IMG/VR virus record: IMGVR_UViG_3300045911_000146
Coordinates: 1 to 33,056 of that record
Strand: one strand, 5' to 3'
Origin: a virus
DNA length: 33,056 nt
Part shown: positions 9,938 to 18,091 of the stretch, piece by piece
Layout: each line of letters opens with the position of its first letter
How positions within the stretch are numbered: position 1 is the stretch's first letter
Notes under the pieces: model-generated
Database searches by the model: none
The model's input: only the letters and a program-made list of their open reading frames with translations
Told to the model about the DNA's origin: nothing
Translations under genes and position numbers: made by a program

Positions 9938-10538
9938 GTGGCTTTTCTTGATTTGCTTGCTTCCTTCTATTGCGCTTGCGCAGCGCCGCAACGTTACTGT
10001 TGTTTACCTTGAACATCCAGACTCAAGCCTGCTGCAACTCAACAAGGCAGAGGCTAAGATAGCAGTACAGGGCACAAACAAACTATTTAGGCAGCTTGGG
10101 ATGCGAATTCAAATTCGCAACCTTCGCTTTGATCAAGACCCTGCGCCGCATATTACAGGGCTAAGCCCTGAAAGCCGTGTATACAAAATTTCCTATCTTA
10201 CAAGTTGGGGACAGAAATATAGAGGCCGTGCAGACGCTGTACATTATATGGTTGCGCCACTAGATGGCGGATACATGGCAGGGGTGGCTAGAGCAACTTG
10301 TTCCAATAATACACGTCTTGCGCATAGTCTTTCTAACGTAAAGACTGGGAGAGTTGATACAGCAATCGTAACGATGGCACATGAAATCGCGCACACTTTT
10401 GGCGCTGGACATTGGGATATGCAGCCGAATGTTATGCATTCAAATGCACTAAGCTATCTACCTTGGTCTGCCGGGTGGATTAATTGGGTAACTAGGGGCG
10501 ATATTAGTTTCTGTCAAAGAGTAATCAAACGAGAATAA
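9930..10538 (+). CDS. Secreted zinc metalloprotease, metzincin or reprolysin-like (202 aa).
   Basis: Sec signal peptide MVKWLFLICLLPSIALA|Q. Zinc motif HEIAHTFGAGHWD (HExxHxxGxxH-D), followed by a Met-turn candidate PNVMH. Confidence 0.75.
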   Translation: MVKWLFLICLLPSIALAQRRNVTVVYLEHPDSSLLQLNKAEAKIAVQGTNKLFRQLGMRIQIRNLRFDQDPAPHITGLSPESRVYKISYLTSWGQKYRGRADAVHYMVAPLDGGYMAGVARATCSNNTRLAHSLSNVKTGRVDTAIVTMAHEIAHTFGAGHWDMQPNVMHSNALSYLPWSAGWINWVTRGDISFCQRVIKRE

Positions 10539-10649
10539 TTTTAAGCTTAATTTTTCTTCTCTGTGCGACGAACAGGACGGAGCTATTTCAATTTATGGTA
10601 AACTGCATGCTTGTAAACTTTGCAGCTAATAAGCAGTTTTAAACAAATT

Positions 10650-10738
10650 ACACACACGAGAGTTTAGAACGTGAAATTCCAGAGGTTTTTGTGAAACGCT
10701 ATCCTCTTAAAGGGTTCTTTAAACTCTCCTCTGTGTGT
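10650..10738 (+). promoter_or_regulatory. Structured leader or possible small RNA upstream of gene 10774: a long-range imperfect inverted repeat enclosing an inner hairpin.
   Basis: 10650-10670 (ACACACACGAGAGTTTAGAAC) pairs with 10714-10738 (GTTCTTTAAACTCTCCTCTGTGTGT), about 19 bp with two bulges. The inner stem is AGAGG 10681-85 with CCTCT 10703-07. GTGAAA occurs twice. Confidence 0.35.
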
Positions 10739-10773
10739 ATTTTGGTGTTTGTGTATAAGTAATGGGAGAACAT

Positions 10774-10992
10774 ATGTTTAAGCTACTCAAACAAGCACTA
10801 GATCTTCTGCCATTCAATGGCGACAAAACTAAAATAACTGCTTGGGTTACTGCCAGCGTTGCGGCATTGCAGGGACTAGGGATTGAGCCCGCGGTAATAA
10901 TTGAGGCGATTGTACAAAACCCAACTAAATCAGGATTAATTGCTTTAGCAATTTCTTTAGGACACAAGGTGCTAAAAGCGAAATTCCCCTAA
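10774..10992 (+). CDS. Small hypothetical protein, weakly hydrophobic (72 aa). Possible membrane or lysis protein.
   Basis: The second in-frame ATG (10774) lies 5 nt after GGGAGA. The ORF track start at 10762 has no SD. Confidence 0.5.
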   Translation: MFKLLKQALDLLPFNGDKTKITAWVTASVAALQGLGIEPAVIIEAIVQNPTKSGLIALAISLGHKVLKAKFP

Positions 10993-11041
10993 AGTTATCA
11001 TTGTTTTCTAGCAGGGTTCAAAGAGCAGCGGAGAAGCCGAT

Positions 11042-11085
11042 CCCGACTAGTAGTCGGGGGGTCGTGTCTATTGTCGTTTTGTTAT
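11042..11085. terminator. Hairpin plus T-rich tract between convergent genes.
   Basis: CCCGACTA-G-TAGTCGGG palindrome at 11042-11058, followed by GTCGTTTTGTTATTTTC. It lies between the + gene ending at 10992 and the - gene ending at 11107. Confidence 0.5.
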
Positions 11086-11106
11086 TTTCTAAATAGCGCT
11101 TTACTA

Positions 11107-11616
11107 TTACCTGCGCTTTTTAACTGTATTGTAAAATTCTGCCTTAAAGTTCGTAAAAGTTGGGGGATCTTTTGCGTAGCGTATTATTATGTCTCGATAC
11201 ACATCAAACACGCTACAGCATACAATTAACGTTTTGCCCTTATATTCCGAATTGTTAATTATCTCTTGTCTGGCTCGTTCATATTGCGCCGCGAGCTCGT
11301 GCGTAAGCAGCTCACAGAGCTGTGAGCGCTCCCATTTAGTGGCTCGGGCATACATGGCGCGAAATATTTGATTGGCTTTCGAGCTTTTTAATTCTCTGTT
11401 AATTAAAATAGGGTGATATTCAAGAAGCTCGTCGTTAATTTGAAAATCAATTGTTTTTAGCCCAATTGGAATTTGGCAAGTTTTGCCAATTATAGGCTTC
11501 CAATTGGGTATATACTTTTCAAACAAAAAAGCTAAAGCATCTTCGGATCGCGAATGATAACGGGTCGGCCTAGCGGGGAAGGACAAGTCCTCGCTACGTC
11601 GATCTCGTTCAAGCAT
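11107..11616 (-). CDS. Hypothetical protein (169 aa). Possible PD-(D/E)xK-type nuclease.
   Basis: ATG 11616 is preceded by AGGAGAAAG. The segment KTIDFQINDELLEYHP resembles a D...ExK/H nuclease core. The functional call is weak. Confidence 0.55.
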   Translation of the reverse strand: MLERDRRSEDLSFPARPTRYHSRSEDALAFLFEKYIPNWKPIIGKTCQIPIGLKTIDFQINDELLEYHPILINRELKSSKANQIFRAMYARATKWERSQLCELLTHELAAQYERARQEIINNSEYKGKTLIVCCSVFDVYRDIIIRYAKDPPTFTNFKAEFYNTVKKRR

Positions 11617-11992
11617 CTCTTTCTCCTAAATATCCCAATAAGATTCTTTTAGCTTGCTCAACTGAACGCGGCACTGCGACTAAATAACCTTGTGCTTCCA
11701 GTTCGTCGAGCATGATGCGCTGTAATTTGCTAAGTGTCCCTCCTTCAGTTTTAAATTCCATGAATAATCCGTGATATGGCGTGCGTGGAATGGCAACAGT
11801 AACATCAGGGACGCCTTTTCTTAAACCCTCGGCTAAAGCTTTCGACGCTTCCCATGGGCTCCTTTTGCCACTGTTTGGTACTGCCCAGATCAGCTTCCAA
11901 TGGGGGCGCTCGATTTGATGGCTCCATACCCACTGAAAAAATTCGGCTTGAATTTTGAATTCGGTTAATTTTGTGCGCCTCGATATCGTCAC
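11609..11992 (-). CDS. VRR-NUC domain nuclease (127 aa as annotated).
   Basis: TEFKIQAEFFQWV ... GVPDVTVAIP ... GLFMEFKTEGGTLSKLQRIMLDELEAQGYLVAV matches the VRR-NUC pattern. The only possible start is GTG 11992, which has no SD, and a TAG stop lies 9 nt upstream in frame. Confidence 0.8.
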   Translation of the reverse strand: MTISRRTKLTEFKIQAEFFQWVWSHQIERPHWKLIWAVPNSGKRSPWEASKALAEGLRKGVPDVTVAIPRTPYHGLFMEFKTEGGTLSKLQRIMLDELEAQGYLVAVPRSVEQAKRILLGYLGERDA

Positions 11993-12143
11993 ACAAAAAG
12001 TCTATCACGTTATTTGCGCATGCAGCAGTGACTTTTGATGGTTGGTCTTTGAGCTTCCTCCAGTCAATATGATACTGCCTACAAATCTCGATAGCTTTAG
12101 TTAGGGCGTCTTCGTAGCCGACTTCATATTCTTTATTACCCAT
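11805..12143 (-). CDS. ORF with a strong SD. Its first roughly 47 codons look genuine, and its last 188 nt overlap the VRR-NUC gene out of frame.
   Basis: ATG 12143 lies 9 nt after GGGGAGGT. The downstream half translates to low-quality sequence. See the frameshift finding. Confidence 0.4.
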   Translation of the reverse strand: MGNKEYEVGYEDALTKAIEICRQYHIDWRKLKDQPSKVTAACANNVIDFLCDDIEAHKINRIQNSSRIFSVGMEPSNRAPPLEADLGSTKQWQKEPMGSVESFSRGFKKRRP

Positions 12144-12444
12144 CAAAAAAATACCTCCCCACTTTTCTTGCAATTGGCCAATATTTACAGATTTGTTTCA
12201 TGCGACGGCACTGTTCCATAGGATCCTCAGCGTTCCTGGCAAGGAGCGCCCAACGCCAGAACAGGTCAGAGTCAACTTCGCTGAGCCTGCGCCCTGATGT
12301 AACAGACTCCCTAAATTCTATATCATGCAGCCTAGCAGCCCTCTGCATCCAATCCGCATCGGCTGGTAAGCGAAACGGCCCCCACCCGGCCTCATCACTA
12401 GGATCCTGGGGGAGAAGGTTTAGGAGCCATTTTAGGGGGTTCAT
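12136..12444 (-). CDS. Hypothetical protein (102 aa).
   Basis: ORF in the leftward operon, 16 nt downstream of the helicase stop. No motif recognised. Confidence 0.55.
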   Translation of the reverse strand: MNPLKWLLNLLPQDPSDEAGWGPFRLPADADWMQRAARLHDIEFRESVTSGRRLSEVDSDLFWRWALLARNAEDPMEQCRRMKQICKYWPIARKVGRYFFDG

Positions 12445-12460
12445 TGGTTATTTTGATGCA

Positions 12461-14029
12461 TTATATATTAGGAAGTTCCAAATTATCTTCTTCCTCTTTT
12501 TCAAACCATTCTAAAATCTTAGTTACCCGGTAATACTTACCTTCTTTCTTAGTCTGGATTCGAAGCGGGCGTTTAAGCTCATATTTACGCTCCAGGGCTT
12601 CGTCGGCGGTTTCAGGGGCTGGTAGCGAGCCCCCAAGTGCAAGCCATTTCTGAACAGCCATTTGAGCCGCAAACCCACCGTGTTCAAAGCATAAGTAATC
12701 AGAGATTCTTTCGTCACCTTCCAGGAAGTAATCAACCCGAAACGATGGCGGCTTGCCTATTTTGTGATGAACAAAAAATTGCACATGTTCCAACCGGAAA
12801 GATGGCGCAACAGCGGTGGTCACTGGGGCAACATCAGCCTGTGCGGTATACTTGCTTTCGACCGGAAACGGGGCATTGCAGCCCGGGCACTCCATGATGC
12901 GAATGGGCACAACGCAACCGCATTCATCACAAGATTTTAAAGGCTGCAAAGAAAATTCAGGGGCTAATGGATTTTTATAACTCACTTCAATGCAGTCGAT
13001 AGGGCCGTGACGCTTAATGTTGCCCCCAAAATCCGCTACCAAACAGTTTTTCTTATCGGGAGCAATGCGTAATCCGCGTCCTACCATTTGCACATATAAG
13101 CCAACCGATTGAGTGGCGCGAAGGAGCACAACACAATCAATGTCAGGGAAATCAAATCCAGTAGTCAAAATATCACAGTTAGTCAAATATTTATTTGTAC
13201 CGTCTTTAAATCGATTGACTATTCTGTCACGTTCGAACGTTAGCAATCCGCCGTGTACGCACTCGCCCCCAATTTCAGTCGCGATTCGAAGCGCGTGATT
13301 TACGCCGCTACAAAATATCAATACATGTTTTCGGTCTTTAGTAATGCGCTTAATTTCCTCACAGTGCTCTTCGATTTGAAGCATTGCCTCGGCTTCTAGC
13401 TGCTCAAGGTTATAATCAAACCCGCGTAAGCTTATGTTTTTAGTGTTTATTTGTGCGGATTGCGGGACAGAAATCAAAGGAGACAGAAATTCTTGAGCAA
13501 TCAAGTGCTCGATTTTGATTTCATATGCAACTTCGCTAAACAGCGTTCCTTCTCCGATCAAGAACCCATGATCCATCCTGTATGGTGTTGCGGTCAGCCC
13601 AATAATTCTACAATTCCGCTGATTTGAGAAAAGCTTGGCGTACATTGACTCGGGCTTGCCGCTAATCAAATGCGCTTCATCAACTATAATCAAATCCCAA
13701 GTAACTAGGCTCCTGTAAATCGATTGGATATTTGCAAAAGTAACTTGTCTGATGGTCTTTTGACCTAATCCGGCAGACATTACGCCGATGGGCATTTTGG
13801 TGAGTTCTTGGAATTTCCTAGCATTTTGCTCAACTATTTCTTTCCTATGCGTAACAATTAACACTTTGAAGTGCGGGCGCTTCTCTAGTACTTGGCGCAC
13901 TATTTCTGCGGCTAAAATTGATTTTCCTGAACCAGTTGGGCACACGATTAACGGGCGTGCTTTTGGATTCGCGCGAAATGTTGCCCATAGCCCAGCGATG
14001 GCATCGGTTTGGTATTCTCTTAATTGCAT
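12461..14029 (-). CDS. Superfamily 2 DEAD/DEAH-box DNA helicase with a C-terminal zinc ribbon (522 aa).
   Basis: LREYQ (Q-motif-like), Walker A CPTGSGKS, DEAH box IIVDEAH, motif III LTATP, and VQMVGRGLR (motif VI). The Cys4 element is CDECGCVVPIRIMECPGC. Confidence 0.9.
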   Translation of the reverse strand: MQLREYQTDAIAGLWATFRANPKARPLIVCPTGSGKSILAAEIVRQVLEKRPHFKVLIVTHRKEIVEQNARKFQELTKMPIGVMSAGLGQKTIRQVTFANIQSIYRSLVTWDLIIVDEAHLISGKPESMYAKLFSNQRNCRIIGLTATPYRMDHGFLIGEGTLFSEVAYEIKIEHLIAQEFLSPLISVPQSAQINTKNISLRGFDYNLEQLEAEAMLQIEEHCEEIKRITKDRKHVLIFCSGVNHALRIATEIGGECVHGGLLTFERDRIVNRFKDGTNKYLTNCDILTTGFDFPDIDCVVLLRATQSVGLYVQMVGRGLRIAPDKKNCLVADFGGNIKRHGPIDCIEVSYKNPLAPEFSLQPLKSCDECGCVVPIRIMECPGCNAPFPVESKYTAQADVAPVTTAVAPSFRLEHVQFFVHHKIGKPPSFRVDYFLEGDERISDYLCFEHGGFAAQMAVQKWLALGGSLPAPETADEALERKYELKRPLRIQTKKEGKYYRVTKILEWFEKEEEDNLELPNI

Positions 14030-14106
14030 ATGGAGGTAAGCGCCCCGTTATGTGCCCACGGGGCCACGGGCATCTCCTCCTGGGAAGACTTTAGGATATT
14101 CAAAGA

Positions 14107-14541
14107 TCAAAAACGGATGTCATCGTTTTCTGGAATCCCAGCGGCTGGCTTTGCCATTGGCTTATATTCTACTACAGCGTTCTTCGCAGGGTATCCGTCT
14201 TTAGCTGGTATGGTCTTTAAGCGCGCCAGCACTTTTTTATTATGCAATTCGGAAGAGTCTTTGACTAGACCTAATTTCCCGACAGCGCGGCACAATGCGC
14301 TAAACTGTCCGCGTGCAATTTGCTGCGCTTTTTCGCTTGGGTTCCACAGATTGAAATTCTCCCAATGCTTTCTAGCGTTGTCTTCGACCGAGAATTCTAC
14401 TTTTAAGTACTGTCCTTTCCCGCTGCGAGTTTCTTTTATTTCTGTTGTGTCGATCTTCAGCGTATACCACCCTTCAGGCAATGGCTCAAACTCCAATGAA
14501 GTTGGTTCAACTGATGCTGAGTCGAAATTAAGGTTGCCCAT
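14107..14541 (-). CDS. DUF669-type single-strand DNA-binding-like protein (144 aa).
   Basis: FEPLPEGWYTLKI ... is the typical DUF669 N-terminus. The acidic C-terminal tip ENDDIRF resembles the SSB DDDIPF tail. Synteny with the AAA_24 gene supports the call. Confidence 0.7.
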   Translation of the reverse strand: MGNLNFDSASVEPTSLEFEPLPEGWYTLKIDTTEIKETRSGKGQYLKVEFSVEDNARKHWENFNLWNPSEKAQQIARGQFSALCRAVGKLGLVKDSSELHNKKVLARLKTIPAKDGYPAKNAVVEYKPMAKPAAGIPENDDIRF

Positions 14542-14564
14542 TTTATTTTCCTTTTTATGTTGTT

Positions 14565-15374
14565 TTATTCGGTAAGTTTCTCTAAGTCCGCGGCCTGCTT
14601 ATCAGCTCGCACACTTTCGAGATTTGGTTTTTTGGCGCGGCTTGCGCGTTTCTCTTTTATTGCAGCAGCCACTGCGTCCCAAGCAAGCGGGAGCTCGTGC
14701 GGTAGGCCGTAGCGATTTTTCGCATCATAGGCAGGCCGCTCTTCAAGGTATAGAATGCGGTCGCCGCTAGAGCTTGCCTTAGTGATTTGCTGTCCAAACT
14801 TGCCGTCTTTTGTTTTGATGGTCTTGTCAAATGTTGCAAAGCCTAAAATGTCGCACCACTCAGCTACTAACGCGGCAGCTTTGGCTTGCAAGTCAAGCTG
14901 ATATCTATCATACCCTTCGCGCTCTGGGTCTTCGAAGCGCTTAATTTGTGAATGCGCTATTGCGACAATTAACATTTTTTTGTGCGTGTTGAGATAAGAC
15001 AATGCTTCCAGAAATTCGCGCCAGAGCTTTTCAGCTTGTGAGTACCCGCGGCCGAACGGGATATCACCAATAGCCTTAACGTTTGCTTCTTTGCAAACTT
15101 TATCAAACGCTAGTTTCTCGGCCCAATCAAGCGAATCAATTGCAAGCGTTTTATATGGGTGCTCGTTGTTTGCCAGGAAATCAACTGCCTTGTGTAGGTC
15201 TCCCCATTCTGTAGCAAGCTCAAACGCATCAACTTCTAACGCATCTAACCCTCGCTCTGTCTGTATAAAGATGGGCGACGGGCAATCAGCGGCGAAGGTG
15301 GATTTGCCCACGCCGTGCACACCGTACAGGACTATGCGCGGAGGTTGGGATATTTTTGTTTGTATGATTTTCAT
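14565..15374 (-). CDS. AAA_24 / Sak4-like RecA-fold ATPase (269 aa).
   Basis: Walker A YGVHGVGKST near the N-terminus. SD AGGAG lies 8 nt upstream of the start. It shows the classic AAA_24, DUF669, helicase, VRR-NUC gene order. Confidence 0.8.
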   Translation of the reverse strand: MKIIQTKISQPPRIVLYGVHGVGKSTFAADCPSPIFIQTERGLDALEVDAFELATEWGDLHKAVDFLANNEHPYKTLAIDSLDWAEKLAFDKVCKEANVKAIGDIPFGRGYSQAEKLWREFLEALSYLNTHKKMLIVAIAHSQIKRFEDPEREGYDRYQLDLQAKAAALVAEWCDILGFATFDKTIKTKDGKFGQQITKASSSGDRILYLEERPAYDAKNRYGLPHELPLAWDAVAAAIKEKRASRAKKPNLESVRADKQAADLEKLTE

Positions 15375-15418
15375 TTTTTATTCTCCTACTTTCCTATATC
15401 AAATTATTTTGATGCTTG

Positions 15419-15676
15419 TCAAATGTTTCCCCAATCTTCGTCCGTTATTTCTTGCTCGTTATGGCAAAAAGGCGGGATCTCCTCGCCGTCAAGGCTAAAC
15501 AGTGTAATCCCCTCCTGTTTTGCAAGAGCCCTTAGGTAGAATTCTGCCTTAGTCATTTCAATGCGAAGCGGTAACAGCGCTTGAATGCAAGCCGCATTCA
15601 GTAGGTCCCATCTTACGCAGTCACGCGAGCGATGAATCATTCTCAAGATTTCTATGTAAATTTCTTTTCGTTCCAT
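15419..15676 (-). CDS. Small early protein (85 aa), first gene of the leftward operon.
   Basis: The internal ATG 15676 (MERKEIY...) is chosen because the longer ORF to 15811 would run through the divergent promoter region and the opposing gene start. Confidence 0.5.
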   Translation of the reverse strand: MERKEIYIEILRMIHRSRDCVRWDLLNAACIQALLPLRIEMTKAEFYLRALAKQEGITLFSLDGEEIPPFCHNEQEITDEDWGNI

Positions 15677-15757
15677 TGTAAATAATCTATATCCAAAAGC
15701 TACAGTTAGACATATATATATTTTCGCTGTGATTGTATATATAAAAAGAGGGGGGCT
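15677..15757. promoter_or_regulatory. AT-rich divergent intergenic control region. Early promoters or operators are likely.
   Basis: 81 bp separate divergently oriented first genes. It contains TAGACA and several TATATA/TATAAA hexamers. The exact -35/-10 pairing is not resolved. Confidence 0.5.
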
Positions 15758-15976
15758 ATGAAAATAAAAACCATAGATGACTTGTTTGATCTGGCACAAG
15801 GAAGCGTGCAACTAGCGGCTAAACTAAACTTGCATCAAACCACGGTCATTCAGTGGCGTAAGATTGGAATACCAATCAAATATTGGTCGAAAATCATGGA
15901 CTTTTTGAAAGTTTCTGTTGAAGACCTTTATAGAGTGTCGGAGCGCGCACTGAATGAAGCCCGCAACGCAAAATAA
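15758..15976 (+). CDS. Cro/YdaS-like helix-turn-helix DNA-binding protein (72 aa).
   Basis: SD AGAGGGGGG precedes the ATG. The HTH segment is GSVQLAAKLNLHQTTVIQWRKIGIP. Confidence 0.7.
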   Translation: MKIKTIDDLFDLAQGSVQLAAKLNLHQTTVIQWRKIGIPIKYWSKIMDFLKVSVEDLYRVSERALNEARNAK

Positions 15977-17195
15977 GTCTAGCACCTTGCTAGCTTTGTG
16001 CCCCGGCACTACTGGCGATTTAGCTCGAGCAATCGACAGCACGTTCAGAGTTACCGATCCAATGCTATCCCTTGCTGTCGCCTTCTCTGTAGGAGGCGCG
16101 GTGCGTTCCGGTCGCATCAAGTATAAGGGATGCCATGCTAATGCGTATCACGCGATCATTGGCCCGACTGGGATTGGTAAAACAGTCGCGCAGAACTATG
16201 CTTTTACCGCGTTAATAGAAGCGGGATTAGGTGATATGCTTGCGGGGGACTTTACCAGCGAAGCCGCGCTTATTTCTAGGCTTTGTACTCATCCGATTAC
16301 TCTTGCGACATTTGATGAGCTTGGGCTTGCGCTTCAGAACATGGCCGAAGATCGCGGGGGGAATAGACGCGAAGTCTTTGCATGCATGCTTAGAGCTTTT
16401 TCAGCGACTAACGGGGTGTTGCTCGGCAAGCACTACTCTCCGCGCACCGGGGCAAGTACGCAAATGTCCGCAGCGGCTCCCCTGCTTTCTATCGTGGGCT
16501 CAAGCACTCCTAGCAGCTTTTTCGCGGGGATGACTGCAAGGGCAGCGACGGATGGTTTGCTGGGAAGATTTTTTTGCTGGTTTGCGGGCAATTTAGACCC
16601 GACTGCAAAAGAGCGTAATAGAAACGAATTCATTTTACCTGTTGGGGTTGTTGCTGAATATACAGGATTTGCAACATTAAAATCTGGCTTAACAAGGCCG
16701 GAAACGCAAGAAGCAAGATTTGCTGATGAACCAACAGTTGCTTTTATTTTGGAATCGCTTGAGCGAGATATTAGGCTTGAGCAGAATGAAGCGCGTAGGG
16801 CGTTGATTGCACGCGGGCCTGAGCTCTTTCTCAAGCTCGCTTTAGCATTGTGTGATGAGCATTTTCATATTAGCGCTGAAGCGGTTTGCTTCGCTCAAGA
16901 GCTCCTTGAGTATTTATACACCGAGGCATGGGATAAGTGTGGAGATGCGATTGGGAGGTCGAAGCAAGAAGATCAGCAGTTGCGCTTGAGAGAGAAAATT
17001 TTGCAGGTGATACCAATAGGGCGAGAGAACGCGATTACAAGAGGAGCCATAACACGCAGGACGCAATCGATAAAAAGTGCGGACAGGAAAAGTATCTTGC
17101 AAGATTTGATAGAAAGTGATGATGTAATTGAACATGAGTACTACGTCGACGAAATTTCTAGCCGCAAAGCGTCTGTCTTCTATAGACCAGGGTAA
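15954..17195 (+). CDS. DUF3987-like P-loop NTPase, putative replication initiator or helicase-loader type protein (413 aa).
   Basis: Walker A IIGPTGIGKT is preceded by the YHAIIG context typical of DUF3987. A Walker B-like motif LATFDELG is present. It lies next to an iteron-rich region. Confidence 0.65.
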   Translation: MKPATQNKSSTLLALCPGTTGDLARAIDSTFRVTDPMLSLAVAFSVGGAVRSGRIKYKGCHANAYHAIIGPTGIGKTVAQNYAFTALIEAGLGDMLAGDFTSEAALISRLCTHPITLATFDELGLALQNMAEDRGGNRREVFACMLRAFSATNGVLLGKHYSPRTGASTQMSAAAPLLSIVGSSTPSSFFAGMTARAATDGLLGRFFCWFAGNLDPTAKERNRNEFILPVGVVAEYTGFATLKSGLTRPETQEARFADEPTVAFILESLERDIRLEQNEARRALIARGPELFLKLALALCDEHFHISAEAVCFAQELLEYLYTEAWDKCGDAIGRSKQEDQQLRLREKILQVIPIGRENAITRGAITRRTQSIKSADRKSILQDLIESDDVIEHEYYVDEISSRKASVFYRPG

Positions 17196-17208
17196 CGCCC
17201 TGATAAAA

Positions 17209-17520
<312 letters not shown>

Positions 17521-17526
17521 TCATAA

Positions 17527-17557
17527 GCTAGGTAGTCGCGTAGCGCGACTACCTAGC
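17527..17557. terminator. GC-rich 14-bp perfect hairpin between convergent transcription units.
   Basis: GCTAGGTAGTCGCG-TAG-CGCGACTACCTAGC. It lies directly downstream of the stop of the - strand gene 17565..17726. Confidence 0.6.
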
Positions 17558-17564
17558 AGCCCCG

Positions 17565-17726
17565 CTATTGCGTTTCAGCTAGTGGGTATAGCCTGGGTGG
17601 CTGCCAGGCAATTTCATAGCCACCTAGGGCTACAGCGGCTATAATAAGCGCAAAGATAAGCCCTAGCGCGGCTAAATTATACGCAATCCATCCCAAAAGC
17701 TTTTCAAATGAAAACATCGTTTGCAT
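17565..17726 (-). CDS. Small single-pass membrane protein (53 aa).
   Basis: ATG 17726 lies 7 nt after AGGAGGGG. The TM helix is WIAYNLAALGLIFALIIAAVALGG. The start is 1 nt after the upstream TAA. Confidence 0.65.
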   Translation of the reverse strand: MQTMFSFEKLLGWIAYNLAALGLIFALIIAAVALGGYEIAWQPPRLYPLAETQ

Positions 17727-17727
17727 A

Positions 17728-17928
17728 TTAACACCCCTCCTGGGCCGACCACAGGCATTTGAGCGGCTTGCTGCGAGACTTGGTCGTCTGAACCTCCTCA
17801 CGCTGGTCTACAGCATAGAAACCAGCCTTGCCCCCTAGCTCCACCCCTGCGCACCCAGCACTCACCGTAGAGACCCAAAGTAAAGCTGAAATACCTGCGG
17901 CGTAAAACACTGTTTTATAAACTCCCAT
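17728..17928 (-). CDS. Small lipoprotein (66 aa).
   Basis: ATG 17928 lies 4 nt after GGAGG. The signal is MGVYKTVFYAAGISALLWVSTVSAGC with lipobox S-A-G-C. Confidence 0.65.
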   Translation of the reverse strand: MGVYKTVFYAAGISALLWVSTVSAGCAGVELGGKAGFYAVDQREEVQTTKSRSKPLKCLWSAQEGC

Positions 17929-18012
17929 ATAACCTCCGTGTTGCGCAAGCGACATTGCCCGCGCGTTCGTGGAAATATGATTCGGCAGCAGTCAAAAAAG
18001 CTTTAACTTTTT

Positions 18013-18041
18013 GTTGACGAAATCAAAATAATTTGATGAGA
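18013..18041 (+). promoter_or_regulatory. Candidate sigma70-type promoter for the rightward accessory operon.
   Basis: TTGACG (18013-18018), a 17-nt spacer, then TGAGAT (18036-18041). The -10 match is poor. Confidence 0.3.
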
Positions 18042-18091
18042 TGTGCGTGCCGCAGGGAAGCGGCAAAAAACAAAAACAATACCGTGAGTAT

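Noticed and set aside
10993-11106. A tRNA or small RNA suggested by a GGTTCAAA T-loop-like string.
   Set aside because: No acceptor, D or anticodon arms can be drawn. The only stable structure is the CCCGACTA/TAGTCGGG hairpin, which fits a bidirectional terminator.
14030-14106. A GC-rich hairpin (GCCCCG...CGGGGC) and a CCACGGG direct repeat between the DUF669 and helicase genes, considered as a terminator.
   Set aside because: No U-tract follows on the transcribed (-) strand, and the genes belong to one operon. It is at most an RNA-stability or attenuation element, and there is too little evidence to call it.
14024-14575. A 183-aa + strand ORF overlapping the DUF669 gene.
   Set aside because: It lies opposite a well-supported - strand gene in a tightly coupled operon. 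Its composition is hydrophobic and Cys/Phe-rich, which is typical of antisense frames.
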